This document shows, piece after piece, positions 1 to 10,335 of a stretch of 64,000 nt of DNA. How positions within the stretch are numbered: position 1 is the stretch's first letter; each line of letters opens with the position of its first letter. Both the position numbers and the translations under genes were made by a program. The stretch is from assembly GCA_963813265.1 (NCBI GenBank), contig CAWEYQ010000005.1, positions 21,684 through 85,683 of the forward strand. Direction: 5' to 3'. Below the pieces are notes generated by a model. It ran no database searches and was not told the DNA's origin. It saw only the letters and a list, made by a program, of their open reading frames with translations. The DNA is from an uncultured Solirubrobacterales bacterium. Lineage in GTDB: Bacteria > Actinomycetota > Thermoleophilia > Solirubrobacterales > Solirubrobacteraceae.

Positions 1-2188
1 ACGATCGGCCGGTTGGGATCGGCCTGCTCGACGAGCGCGGTACGCGCCGCGGTCACCGCCCCATCGTCGTCGCCGACGTACACGTGGACGAGCGAGCGCT
101 GCTCGTCGGCGTCCCATGCCCACATCGCGGACGCGCGGGTGACGCCGGGCGCAAGCGCCGCGACGGCCGCATAGTCGTCGCCCGACACCGCTCGTCCGAA
201 CGTCAGCACCGAGCGCGGCGCGTACCGGCGCAGCGCGCTCGGGCGGGTCGGGGTCCGCACCGCCGAGCGCCGGGGAGGGGTTGCGGACCTGGGCGAGGTT
301 CGGAATCGGCGTCAGGATCTGGGAGAGCGTTCCGGCAGCTGGGACTGCGGCGCCGCTCCCGATCCGGTAGTTGGCGCTGACGCTCGCGCCCGTCCTCAAC
401 CGGGCACCGGCGAGGCCGTCGCCGGTCACCACGTGAGTCTTGCCGGCGGCGTCCTCATAGGTCGAGAACACGAGCGCGTCGGGCGGCTGGCCGAACAGGA
501 TCGGGACCTCGGTCCAGCGGATGCCGTCGACGATCAGCTCGACAGTGCTCGAGTAGCCGTCTCCCGAGCGCGAGCGGACCGCGGATCCGCTCATCCCGTC
601 GGCCAGGTAGGTGACCGGTGAGCGCGAGAGCGTGAAGTCCTGGCCGGCGAGGGTCGCGTCGCCGGTCCCCAGCTGCTCGCCGCGCACGCTCGAGCCCCGC
701 GTGACGGTGATCAGGTCCCACAACAGCTGCAGCGGGGGCGTCAGGGCTCCTACCTCGCCGCCGCCGGCAGCGGCGATCGTGACGTCTGATCCGTCGGTCG
801 GCGTCGCTGTGACGGCGGCGCCGTTGCCATTCGCGTCCTGGACGAGCGCCGGGGTCGCGACCCCGGCGGGAGCGGCCGGCGCCTGGGCCAGGGTCAGCTT
901 CGACGGCAGCGCGCTGAGCTGGGAGACCGGCGTGTCGAGCAGCGTGCCGACGTCTGTCCAGCCCGACTGGACTGCGACCTGGGTGATCTGGCCGCTGAAC
1001 GTGCCGAGGCCGCCGCCCGTGGGCTGGTCGACCGCGAGCGAGGCGACAAGCAGCGGGATCGGGTTGTCGGACGGGGCCGTTGTCGGGGTCGATGCGGACG
1101 CATTCGCGTACCACAGCACTTCCTGATACTGCGTCAGCTGGACGATGCTGAAGCCGGTGCCGTGGTGCGAGCCCGTGTCCGCGCCCGGCACCTCGACGAG
1201 CAGCGGGTCGCCGGCTCGGAGAAAGCGCGCGGTCCCATCGAGCACGATCTGGCCTGACTTGATCGAGACGGCGCCGCTCGGGACCGTGATGAGATGGCTC
1301 GTCCGGGTCGAGCGCTTGAGCGCGTAGTCGACGGCCTTGGCGGCGCCGGGCAGCGAGCCCGTGCCCGTGAGCAGCACGCGCGTATTGGGCTTGCCGTGCG
1401 GGTCGGTCTCGGTCACGAGTCCCGTCACCGAGACGACGGCGGCGGGCTGGTTCGGTCCGGTCCACGTCTGCTTGATCAGGAGCAGGCGGTCGCCGACCTT
1501 GATCCCCGTGGGCTTGCCCTTGACGAGCACCCCGCCGCGGACGATCAGCTGATCGTGCGGGGGCGGCTCGCCGGCCCCCGGCGGCGAGCCGCGCGGGCGG
1601 GCCACCCCCGGTGGAGGCGGTGTCGACGTCGTCGGGGGGTGGGGCGGGGACGCTCGTCGGCGCCGTGAACGTCGTGCCGGTCGTCAGTTCGAACGTCTGG
1701 GAGTCGAGACCGGGTCGCGCCTTCGACGCGATCTGGAACCGATCGGGGATCACCACAGGCCCGGGGCCGGAAGCGATCACGCCGAGCGTCGCCACCGCCC
1801 CGATGCCGGGCCGCGGCCGGTAGCCGAGGAGCGACACGAGGCGCTGCGCGCTCTCGGGGAGCACCGCGGTCCCGAGGTAGGCCTCGTTCGCGATCCGCTC
1901 GCTGTAGAACGTGAGGATGTCGGCGACGATCGCGAACCAGTCGACGATCTGGAGCGCGAGGTCGCCGTCGGTCGTCGGTCGCCACACGGCGAGCTGCTGC
2001 TCGCCGGCAAGATGGCGGACGAGCTCGTGGCGGAACGAGGCGAAGTCGCCGACCCGGTAGGAGATCGCACGGAGGCCGCTGGGGTTAAAGATCCTCCACG
2101 GGCCGTGGGCGTCCTCGCACGGGCAGATCGCATCGCCCGTGCACGACGTGCAGCCACAGCCGCAGTCCCGCAGCGCGATCCCGGTCAC
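1..2188 (-). CDS. Baseplate J-like wedge protein (Afp12-like), 3' truncated, frameshifts near 1590 and 270
   Basis: GTG at 2188 overlaps upstream stop; IFNPSGLRAISYRVGDF, ADILTFYSERIANEAYLGTA, LVSLLGYRPRPG; later frames read YRIGSGA and APRSVLTFGRAVSGDDY. Confidence 0.85.
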
Positions 2189-4647
2189 TTGCCCCCCTTG
2201 ACCACGATCCGCAGCGACCCGCGCTCGGGCTCGCTCGGGTCGTTGTCGACGCGGATGATCTCGTCGGCGGCGACGGTCACGGTCTCCGGCATCGCGACGA
2301 AGTCGCGGGTCTGCCCGCGGCGGCGGTAGCGGACTCCGAGGACGCCGTCCACGCCGCTCGCGCGCTGCGCCGCGATCTCGAGCTCCGAGCGCTCGAGCGG
2401 GGTCGCGAACCGGAACTGATCCGGGGCGAAGAACGCCGGCCGGCCGTCGCGCCGCGTCCCCGTTCCGAGCTCGATGAGCAGCGCCTCCTCGACCTCGCCG
2501 CGCAATGCGCCGGCGAGTGCGCAGACCGTGATGATGAGGTCGATGCCGACGTAGCGCGGGGTCGGCGTGTATACCTCGTAGCCCGCGAGACGCCGCCGGT
2601 TCAACAGGTCGATCAGGCCGACCTGCTCGGCGACAGGCGCGATCTCGACACCCTTCGGCTGGGCCGTCGTGAACACGGTCAGCCAGCTTCCCGTCCAGCG
2701 AAAGCTCGTGCCGGCATCGAGCACCCACGGCAGCTGCTCGGCGGCGTCGTCGTAATCCTCGGCGCGGACAGCGCGGAGCTTGACCGCGCGGAACGCGTAC
2801 GGCGCGCGCCGGCGAACCTCGTCGAGGGGCTCCTCGTCGGCGCCGCCGGTCGCCGCGAACGGATTCGTCGCGCGCATCACGCTCGCCGCGGCCGTGGGGT
2901 CGACCCCGGTGATCGTGTCCGCGCCGACGTTGCCGGCGGCACCGCTCGTCACCCGGTAGGTGACGTCGAACTCGCTGCCGAGCGAAGGCCGCTGACCGAA
3001 GATCTCGTCGCCGAAGCGGACCGAGTCAGCGCCGCTTCCGTCGTACTCCCACAGCGGCGGGCCGATCGCACCCTCGGCTGCGGCACCGACGTCGATGAAG
3101 CCCACCGGGTCCACCGTGAACGCGTTCTCGTACGGCGGGGCATCGAGCAGCCGCCGACGCCAGCGCCACTGCTGCTCGGGCTCGCCCAGTGTGTTGGGGA
3201 CCCGCGTGACGACGATCTCGGGGAGCGGGAGGTCGCTCTCGCCGGGGACGGTCACCGCCCCGGGCGTGGGCGGCGGCGCGAGCCACGCGAGTCGCCCCTG
3301 CGTCAGCGTGTGCAGGTAGATCGGCGCGGCTTCGCAGCAGCGCTCGGGTCCAGCGCGAACGACGGCCGGCGGCGGCGCCTGTCCCGCGCCCGTCGGCGGC
3401 TCGATCGCGAAGCGCTCGAGATAGCGCCGGCCCTCGGTCGCCGGCAGCAGGTTGCCGGCGAGCAGCGTCAGCGTCAGGTCGTGCTCCTGGGTCAGGGCCT
3501 CCTCGCGTGCCCATTTCAGGTGCGTGACGTCAATCGCGTACAGCGCATCGGTCTCCTCGATCGCCGCCGTCAGGTGCACGACTTCACGGATCGGCGGGTC
3601 GATCGGCGACGCCGCCGAGGTATCGATCAGGAGCGCGGTCCCGACCGTGCCGAACTGGGGGTCGCCGGACTTCAGGCCGTGGCCGTGTGCCCGGATCCAC
3701 ATCTCGGTCGACCCGGCGGGCAGGCAGCGCTTGCTGTCGTCCCACCAGTAGGGCGCGAGCAGCGGGTTGCCGGTGACGTCGCGCCGGTTCCAGCGCGGGT
3801 CGACGAGCAGCGGCGTCGAGTTGATCGCTCCGCTATCCGGGTCGATCATGCCGGCGCCGAGCTCGAAGAACACCTGGCCGCCGTCGGGGGTCGGTGCGCT
3901 CAGGAGCGTGCCCGGCGGCACGCTGACGATGCCGTCGGCGACGTCGAGCTGGACCGTCACCTGCGCCGAGGTCGCGGGACAGGGCTCGTAGTCGACCAGC
4001 CGCGCGTGGCGGATGACCGAGCGGCGTTCGGTCGCCGTCGGGAGCGTCGCCTCGGCGGCGATCCGGTCCTGGAGGTAGCTCAGGTCGTCGCCAACCGACG
4101 CGATCAGCTCGAGCATCATCCTCCCGAAGTCGGCCTCAGAGTGCTCGACCCAGTTCGGGTAGGCGACTGCCGAGTAGTCGAGCATCGCCTGTGTGAAGCT
4201 CGCGAAGTCCTTCGCCAGGTAATCGATCGCCGGCGCCGGGCCGTCGGGCGGCGGGCATTCGAGGCACGGGTCCGCGCAGTCGAGGTCCGTCGGGCAGCGT
4301 GCCTTGAAGCTGAAGCGGACGCTCGCGTAGTAGACGTCGAGCTTCGAGCTGGCGATCGTCAGCGTGTAGAACGAGAAGTCCCCGGGAAACGGCGTCGTCA
4401 GGTGCAGCAGCGGTCGGCCGTCATCGTCGAGCGACCAATCGGTCGCCGTGATCGCGCCGACGGGGACCTCGGGCAACGACTCGCCGCCGGTGATCGTGAC
4501 CGGAGCAGTGGCGGCGAGCGTCCCCTTGACCGCGACCCGGTTGAGGAAGTGGACGACGAGGTGCGTCTGAGCGTCGTTCGCGACTTCGACGAAGTCGATC
4601 CCGTTGAGCACGGTCGAGGCGACGACGTCCACGAGGCGGTCGGTCAT
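2185..4647 (-). CDS. Baseplate J-like wedge protein (Afp11-like)
   Basis: IDYLAKDFASF, DDLSYLQDRIAAEATLPTATERRSVIRHARLVDY, VRFGD, GAAGNVGA, ATGGADEE, RAVRAEDY; ATG at 4647 overlaps gp25 stop. Confidence 0.9.
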   Translation of the reverse strand: MTDRLVDVVASTVLNGIDFVEVANDAQTHLVVHFLNRVAVKGTLAATAPVTITGGESLPEVPVGAITATDWSLDDDGRPLLHLTTPFPGDFSFYTLTIASSKLDVYYASVRFSFKARCPTDLDCADPCLECPPPDGPAPAIDYLAKDFASFTQAMLDYSAVAYPNWVEHSEADFGRMMLELIASVGDDLSYLQDRIAAEATLPTATERRSVIRHARLVDYEPCPATSAQVTVQLDVADGIVSVPPGTLLSAPTPDGGQVFFELGAGMIDPDSGAINSTPLLVDPRWNRRDVTGNPLLAPYWWDDSKRCLPAGSTEMWIRAHGHGLKSGDPQFGTVGTALLIDTSAASPIDPPIREVVHLTAAIEETDALYAIDVTHLKWAREEALTQEHDLTLTLLAGNLLPATEGRRYLERFAIEPPTGAGQAPPPAVVRAGPERCCEAAPIYLHTLTQGRLAWLAPPPTPGAVTVPGESDLPLPEIVVTRVPNTLGEPEQQWRWRRRLLDAPPYENAFTVDPVGFIDVGAAAEGAIGPPLWEYDGSGADSVRFGDEIFGQRPSLGSEFDVTYRVTSGAAGNVGADTITGVDPTAAASVMRATNPFAATGGADEEPLDEVRRRAPYAFRAVKLRAVRAEDYDDAAEQLPWVLDAGTSFRWTGSWLTVFTTAQPKGVEIAPVAEQVGLIDLLNRRRLAGYEVYTPTPRYVGIDLIITVCALAGALRGEVEEALLIELGTGTRRDGRPAFFAPDQFRFATPLERSELEIAAQRASGVDGVLGVRYRRRGQTRDFVAMPETVTVAADEIIRVDNDPSEPERGSLRIVVKGGK

Positions 4648-5039
4648 CGCAGCACCAGCTCGAGCTCGCGCGAGGCGAGCTGGTCGATCACCGTGTAGGA
4701 GATCGTGACCCTCAGCTCGCCGGGGTCGAGGCCACTCGCCGGATCGGCGCCGGCTTGGACGTCGAGCGCATCGAGCTGCACCTGGTCGCCAAGCCAGCGA
4801 TGGATCGCGTCCTGCACCTGCATCTTCACCGTCGCCGGCAGCGCCTGGGTCTGCGGCGCGAACACCAGCCGCCGCAGCCCACATCCGAACTCGGGCAGGC
4901 ACGTCCGCTCGCCGGGGTTCGTCAACAGCAGCTGGCGGAGCATCTGATCGACGTGGTCCGGGTACGACGCCACCGCACCCTGGGAGGAGCCGGCGTCGAT
5001 CCGGAACGGGAACGCGTAGTCGTGACGCCGAAGGTTCAC
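4644..5039 (-). CDS. GPW/gp25 family baseplate protein
   Basis: YAFPFRID...HVDQMLRQLLLTNPGER...PEFGCGLRRLVFAP; GTG at 5039. Confidence 0.9.
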   Translation of the reverse strand: MNLRRHDYAFPFRIDAGSSQGAVASYPDHVDQMLRQLLLTNPGERTCLPEFGCGLRRLVFAPQTQALPATVKMQVQDAIHRWLGDQVQLDALDVQAGADPASGLDPGELRVTISYTVIDQLASRELELVLR

Positions 5040-5371
5040 GTCCCCGACGCCTTCGTCTGTGTGGTTTGGATCAGCACCGTGCCCTGGACGGCACCGGTTG
5101 CGGCCATGCACGTGCCGACGCTCTCGGTGGTCAGCAGGGGCGTCCCGTCGCTCGTGCACTTCAGCGCCGGCGACTGCCACTGGACGAGCACGCACGGGCT
5201 CGGGACGGCGGGCGGAAGCGTGAATGCGCAGCCGGCGACCGTGAACGTGTCGGTGGCGAGGACGATCGGGTCGCCGCCGAGCGTGACCGTGCTACTCGAG
5301 GGGACCGCTGTCACCGTGCCGCCGTGAGGGCACATCAGCACTGCGGACGCGCTCAGCAGCTCGCCCATCAC
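5036..5371 (-). CDS. PAAR-like (DUF4280-type) spike tip protein
   Basis: LMCPHGG, VAGCAF, PSPCVLVQW, GTC; lies between spike and gp25. Confidence 0.75.
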   Translation of the reverse strand: MMGELLSASAVLMCPHGGTVTAVPSSSTVTLGGDPIVLATDTFTVAGCAFTLPPAVPSPCVLVQWQSPALKCTSDGTPLLTTESVGTCMAATGAVQGTVLIQTTQTKASGT

Positions 5372-5898
5372 ATCACCTCGACGGCGCCGTCGTTGATCGA
5401 CACCGATGAGTCGCTGACGGTCACCTTCGAGGAGCCCCGCGACTGCTCGAGCCCGTTCGAGTCAAGCGTCAGCGTGTTGTTGTTGGCATCGGTGACCGTC
5501 ACCGACGAATCGCTCGAGTCGTCGTTGAACAGCAGCTTGCTCGTCGCCGCGGTGACGAACCCGCGCGACGTCGTGGAGGCGTCCGACGGCACCTCGTTCG
5601 AGCGCCAGTAGCACCCGGACCAGATCGGTAGCGACACATCGCCGCCCTCGAACTCGATCCAGACGCCGGCGTCCTTGTCGGGGAGGAAGAACATTCCCAC
5701 GCTGTCGCCGGCGTACGGGACGCACGGCATCGCCCAGCCCGTCTCGGTCCCGCCGAGCACCGCGGGCACCGTCGCCTTGATCCGCATCAGGCCGGAGGGG
5801 TCGTTGTTGTCGGTCACGATGCCGCGGTATTTGCCGTAGAAGCGGTGGCGAAGGCGATCGGCCAGCTCGACGAGCAGCTCCTGATCGGTCGTGCTCAC
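5368..5898 (-). CDS. Phage baseplate assembly protein V / gp5-like spike (OB fold plus beta-repeat)
   Basis: FYGKYRGIVTDNNDP..RIKATVPAV..GWAMPCVP..VWIEFEGGDVSLPIWSG. Confidence 0.9.
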   Translation of the reverse strand: MSTTDQELLVELADRLRHRFYGKYRGIVTDNNDPSGLMRIKATVPAVLGGTETGWAMPCVPYAGDSVGMFFLPDKDAGVWIEFEGGDVSLPIWSGCYWRSNEVPSDASTTSRGFVTAATSKLLFNDDSSDSSVTVTDANNNTLTLDSNGLEQSRGSSKVTVSDSSVSINDGAVEVM

Positions 5899-7022
5899 AC
5901 AAGACCCCCGAGACCGAGACCGCCGCCGCTCGACGCCGACGGGCCGACGGCGTTGCGCATGAGCGTGAACGCCATCGCGTGGCTGCCCGTCGTGATCGTG
6001 TGCCGGACACTGCGGATGAGGTACTTGCCCGACAGCAGCTGGCCGACGTTCTCGATCGCGATCACCGACCCGACCCGCAGGACCTGCTTGATCATCGAGA
6101 TGTCGACCGAGCCCTCGCAGCGCGCAAACCAGCAGGCCTCGCGCAGCAGCCCCTGGGCCCGGCCGGGAAGCTCGTCGTCGTCGGCCGCCGCGGTCAGCAC
6201 GACCGTCGTGTCGCGCCCGGCGAACGTGGCGAGGTCGCGATCGTCGAGCGCCGGGAGCCCGCTGTCGGACGTATCGGCGACGGTCCCGTCCTTGTCGGTG
6301 TCGCTGAGGCTGGCCTGGCGGGTGGCCACCTTGTTCGGCCGAGCGATGTCCCAGTGAAAGTCGAGCGCCTGGACCTGGGCCTTGGCCGGGTCGCTCAGAT
6401 CCAGCGTCGTCACCGGGTCCGAGTCAAGGCTCGGCATCGCGAAATACCCGGTTCGGCTGCCGGGCGTGTCGGTGCAGAAGACGCGACACCAGCGCCCGTT
6501 CCGCCGCGCGAGCCGGCGGAGGAAATCGATGTCCGACGCGCGCTGCATGAGCGTGTGGCCGTCGTCGGTGTGCGACGGCGAGTCGTCGGCCGTGTTGTCG
6601 GAGCTCGGGGTGAAGCCGTACTGCTGGAAGACGTCATTGGCGACTTGGCCGTCGGTCATCCCCGACCACTCCTTCACCGCCTCGGTCAGGCCCATCAGGA
6701 CCGAGGCGTCCTGGGCGCCCACCTCGAGCGTCGATGCCGTGATCCCCACCTGGAGGTGGGCGTTGTGCGAGAGGACGTAGCCGTCGAAGATGCACTGCGT
6801 CGCGCCGCCCTCGTCGGGCGTCACGGTGACGGCGAGGTTGGCGTACGGGCGCAACCGGTCGTCCCCCACCCACGTGAGGTCGTCATTCGCGGCGCTGACC
6901 GGGAACACGATCCGCAGCGCGTCGGGGAGGTCAGAGTTCTCCTCGACCTGCAGCGACGAGATGGAGTCGTAGAAGTCGGCCGCCACCGGCGTTCCGTCGA
7001 TCAGCAGCTGGTAGGTCGACAT
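5895..7022 (-). CDS. Phage late control D / gp27-like baseplate hub
   Basis: CIFDGYV, LMQRASDIDFLRRLARRNG, GKYLIRSVRHTI; directly upstream of spike. Confidence 0.85.
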   Translation of the reverse strand: MSTYQLLIDGTPVAADFYDSISSLQVEENSDLPDALRIVFPVSAANDDLTWVGDDRLRPYANLAVTVTPDEGGATQCIFDGYVLSHNAHLQVGITASTLEVGAQDASVLMGLTEAVKEWSGMTDGQVANDVFQQYGFTPSSDNTADDSPSHTDDGHTLMQRASDIDFLRRLARRNGRWCRVFCTDTPGSRTGYFAMPSLDSDPVTTLDLSDPAKAQVQALDFHWDIARPNKVATRQASLSDTDKDGTVADTSDSGLPALDDRDLATFAGRDTTVVLTAAADDDELPGRAQGLLREACWFARCEGSVDISMIKQVLRVGSVIAIENVGQLLSGKYLIRSVRHTITTGSHAMAFTLMRNAVGPSASSGGGLGLGGLV

Positions 7023-7029
7023 CAGGCCA

Positions 7030-7302
7030 CTACCTCGCCGACGGGATCGCGATCAGCTCGTGCGCCGCGAGTGCATCGAGCACGACGGCGCCATTCGTCC
7101 AGCCGAGCGTCCACGCACGCGTGGCATCGCCCAGGTACTGATAGGCGATGAGGTCGAGTCGCTCGGCCTCCGTGCGGCGATGCCAGCCCAGGACCGGCGG
7201 CGGCTGCGGGAGCGGAACCTTGGTGACCGTCACCGTCCGACCGTCTCCGAGCATGACCGGATAGGTGCCGGCGGCGGCGTAGCGGCTGTTCTGTGCGAAC
7301 AC
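7030..7302 (-). CDS. LysM-like / tail X baseplate protein
   Basis: FAQNSRY...ERLDLIAYQYLGDATRAWTL...LIAIP; GTG at 7302 with GAGG RBS. Confidence 0.75.
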   Translation of the reverse strand: MFAQNSRYAAAGTYPVMLGDGRTVTVTKVPLPQPPPVLGWHRRTEAERLDLIAYQYLGDATRAWTLGWTNGAVVLDALAAHELIAIPSAR

Positions 7303-7315
7303 CGATCCCTCCTCT

Positions 7316-8020
7316 CTACAGCGGGAGCATCCCGATGATCGACTCGGCCGAGTTGACGAGGTTGGCGACGGCCAGCCCCTGACGCAGCCCCTGCGAGTAC
7401 TGATAGGCGGCGCGCGCAACCGGGGCCAGCGTGTCGGCATCGGCGCGCAGCTCGTCGGTTGTGAGCACCCGCAGCCCGAGCTGCGCTTCGGCGTGCGTGG
7501 GATTGAGCAGGGCGTCGTACAGCTTCTCGGTGATCGTCAGGGTTGTCACCCGGACCGGCAGGATGCGGCCGGGACCCCACACGAACAGCACCGTCGGCAT
7601 CGTGCTCGCCGGCACGCTGCGCTGGACGCCGCCGCCTCCGCCGGCGCCGAACAGCCCACCGATCGCCGCGGTGACCGTCCCGAGCAACCCGCTCTGCGTC
7701 GCACTCGCGGGGTACATGAGCATCTCGAGCGCGGCGAGCCGGCTGTAGACGCCGCTGACCTCGGCGATCGCCGCCGACGCCGTCCCATCGGCGATCGCAT
7801 CGGAGGCATCCATCGCGATCGTGAAGCTGAACGCCTCGCCAGGCATTCCCCGGACGGCGAGCGGGTTGCTCGGCGCCGTGTTCGCACCCGTGGGCGCGGC
7901 CTCGGGTTGCGTCCACGTGTGGGTCATCGTCTCCGGGTTGAACTGGAAGACGATCACGTTCGGGATCGGGATCAGCCCCGTCGGCATGAACTCGACCAGC
8001 GCTCCGACGAGATAGGTCAT
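7316..8020 (-). CDS. CIS tube-initiator protein (Afp7/Pvc7 N-terminal-like)
   Basis: VIVFQFNPETMTH, VLFVWGPGRILPVRVTTLTITEKLYDALLNP. Confidence 0.8.
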   Translation of the reverse strand: MTYLVGALVEFMPTGLIPIPNVIVFQFNPETMTHTWTQPEAAPTGANTAPSNPLAVRGMPGEAFSFTIAMDASDAIADGTASAAIAEVSGVYSRLAALEMLMYPASATQSGLLGTVTAAIGGLFGAGGGGGVQRSVPASTMPTVLFVWGPGRILPVRVTTLTITEKLYDALLNPTHAEAQLGLRVLTTDELRADADTLAPVARAAYQYSQGLRQGLAVANLVNSAESIIGMLPL

Positions 8021-8298
8021 GGGTGGCTCAGCTCCCGGAGTGCCGCCTCGAGCACAGCGGCGGCGATCTGGTCGGCGAGCGACGCGGCCGGCCCGTTGGG
8101 CCGGGGCTCGGGCGCCGGGACGGTGGCGTCGACGCGCGCGATCCGGCCGGACGCGGACGGCGCAGCAGGCCAGTGGCGCAGCGACTCGGCGACCTGCTCG
8201 GCGAGGCGCTTGGCTTCGTCCTCGCTCATCGCCGGGACGTGGATCGAGAGCCGGTCGACGGCGAGCGACGGGGCCGGGCTGTGCGCGGGGTCGGTCAC
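8017..8298 (-). CDS. Small hypothetical eCIS protein
   Basis: GTG overlaps ATPase stop and its own stop overlaps next ATG; LAVDRLSIHVP...RLAEQVAESL...LADQIAAAV. Confidence 0.65.
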   Translation of the reverse strand: MTDPAHSPAPSLAVDRLSIHVPAMSEDEAKRLAEQVAESLRHWPAAPSASGRIARVDATVPAPEPRPNGPAASLADQIAAAVLEAALRELSHP

Positions 8299-10335
8299 CG
8301 TGCGACTCCGCCTGCGGTGTGCGGGTCGTGGCCGTTGTCGGACGGCTGACCGTTGTGGGCGAGCGCCGGCGGGCGATCGTCTCGCAGCACGGCGCCTCTC
8401 TTCGCGAGCTCGCGCCGGGCGGCGGCGAGCACGTATTCGGTGCAGACGAGCTCGTCGCGCGCCCGCGCCATGAATGCCGCAGCGAGCGCCGCCGACTTGA
8501 TCTCGGCGCCGGTCATGGTGAGCGACTGCGCGAGCCACTCGACGTCGATCTCACCGCTGATCGGCCGCCCGTCCTCGGTCGTGCGCGGCAGCGGCCAGCG
8601 CCCAGAGCCTGCGACGCTCGGCGGGGGTCGGCGCGATGAAGTCGACGATCACCCGGAGCCGGCGGACGAACGCCGGGTCAAGGTCGCCCTTTCGATTCGT
8701 GGCCAGGATCGCGACCCCGTCGAAGCTCTCCATCCGCTGAAGCAGGAAGTCGATCTCGATGTTCGCGAAGCGGTCGTGGGCGTCTCGCACCCGCGTCCGC
8801 TGGCCGAACAGGGCGTCGGCCTCGTCGAACAGCACCATGATGTTGCACCGCTCGCACTCGTCGAACACCTGCGCGAGCCGCTTCTCGGTTTCCCCGATGT
8901 ACTTGTTGACAACCTCAGCGAGGTCGACGCGGTAGAGGTCGAGCTCGAGCGAGCGAGCGATCACGGACGCCGCCATCGTCTTGCCGGTGCCGCTCGGACC
9001 GGCGAACAGCGCGGTCGTGCCGCGGCTCTCGGGCGTCAGCCGGCGAAAGCCCCAGTCGTCGAGCACTTCGCCCGCCAGCCGGACCTGGGACTCGAGCTCG
9101 CGCAGCTGGTCGCGCACGGGGTTGGCGACGACGAGGTCCTCCCAGCCGTACGGGCAGCGCAGCGCCGTCATCAGCGTGCTCGAGACAGTGCCGAGCCGGC
9201 GGCGCGTGACCGAGGTGACGGCGCCTTGTCCACCGGGCCTCGCGGCTGCCGCGGCGGCGATCTCGGCCGGGGTCAGCGTCCATGCCCCGACGGGGTGGGG
9301 CGGTTTGGCCGCGGTCTTCGCGAGACGCCTCCATAGCGCGACGCGCCGGGCGTGGGTCAGCTCGGGCACGGCGAACGAGAGCCGGATGGCATGGCCGGGC
9401 GGCGATGCGCTCGCCGCGAGGTCGCGTTCGCGCACGCTCAGCGTGAGCGATCCGGGACGAGGATCGGGCGTCGCTTCACCGACCCAGATGGGCGTCGCGC
9501 CGAGGAGTCGCGCGGTCCGCAGCGCACGGACGCCGGCGTCCCCATTCGTGATGACGAGCGCGTCGCGGCCGAGCCGATGGCAGAGCTGAGTGAGGAGCGT
9601 CCGGCGGCCGGAGCCGGGGCGCCCCGTGAGCTCGAGCTCGACGGGTCGCCCTGCCTTGGCCGCGCAGAGCGCGGTCGCCGTGGCGGCGAGCGCGTCGAGG
9701 AGCTCGGGGTAGAGGCAGTCGGGTGACCGGCCGTTCGTCCGGCCCGCCGCGTGCTCGATCCCGGGCCAGTACGCCGCCCAGTCCGGGCGGTCGCACAGGT
9801 ACGCGGCGATGTCCGGGTCCAGCAGCCATGGCGTCGTCGGCTGCCACGGCTCCGGCTGGGCCGGGCTCGCGATCCGCCATCGGCACAGCGCGCTCGCGGG
9901 GCCCGGGGCGATGCCGAGCGGCCAGCCCCACAGGCGCGCTGCGGCGGCCGGCGTTGGAGCGTGCGGTTGCGGGTCGTCCTCCAGGTAGCCGAGCACGCGG
10001 CGGATCCGATGGTCGACGTGGGCCGCCGCGAGCAGGGCGAGCAGCTGGCGCTCGACGCCGGTGAGGCCGAACTCATCCGTGAGCCGGCGCCAGCCGGGAT
10101 CGGCGTCGACCTCGGCCTCGGCGCGGACGAGGAGCTCCGGGTCGGTGCGGGGCGGCTGCGGGTCGGTGCTGGGCGGTGCTTCCGATCGTGGCCGGATGGG
10201 CGGTTCCGAGAGGATCGCGTCGATCGCGGCGTGCACCCCCGCCGCACCCCGCATCTGCCATCGGGCGCGCGTCTGCTCGACGCGGAGCCGCGCCGCCAGC
10301 CTGACCCAGCGCAGCCATGCCGGCACGCCGCTCAC
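8295..10335 (-). CDS. eCIS AAA+ ATPase (Afp15/Pvc15-like), 1-nt frameshift near 8594
   Basis: Walker A GPSGTGKT, LYRVDLAEVVNKYIGETEK, Walker B LFDEAD, LATNR; C-terminus TGAEIKSAALAAAF in adjacent frame; degenerate first module GRPGSGRRT. Confidence 0.9.
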
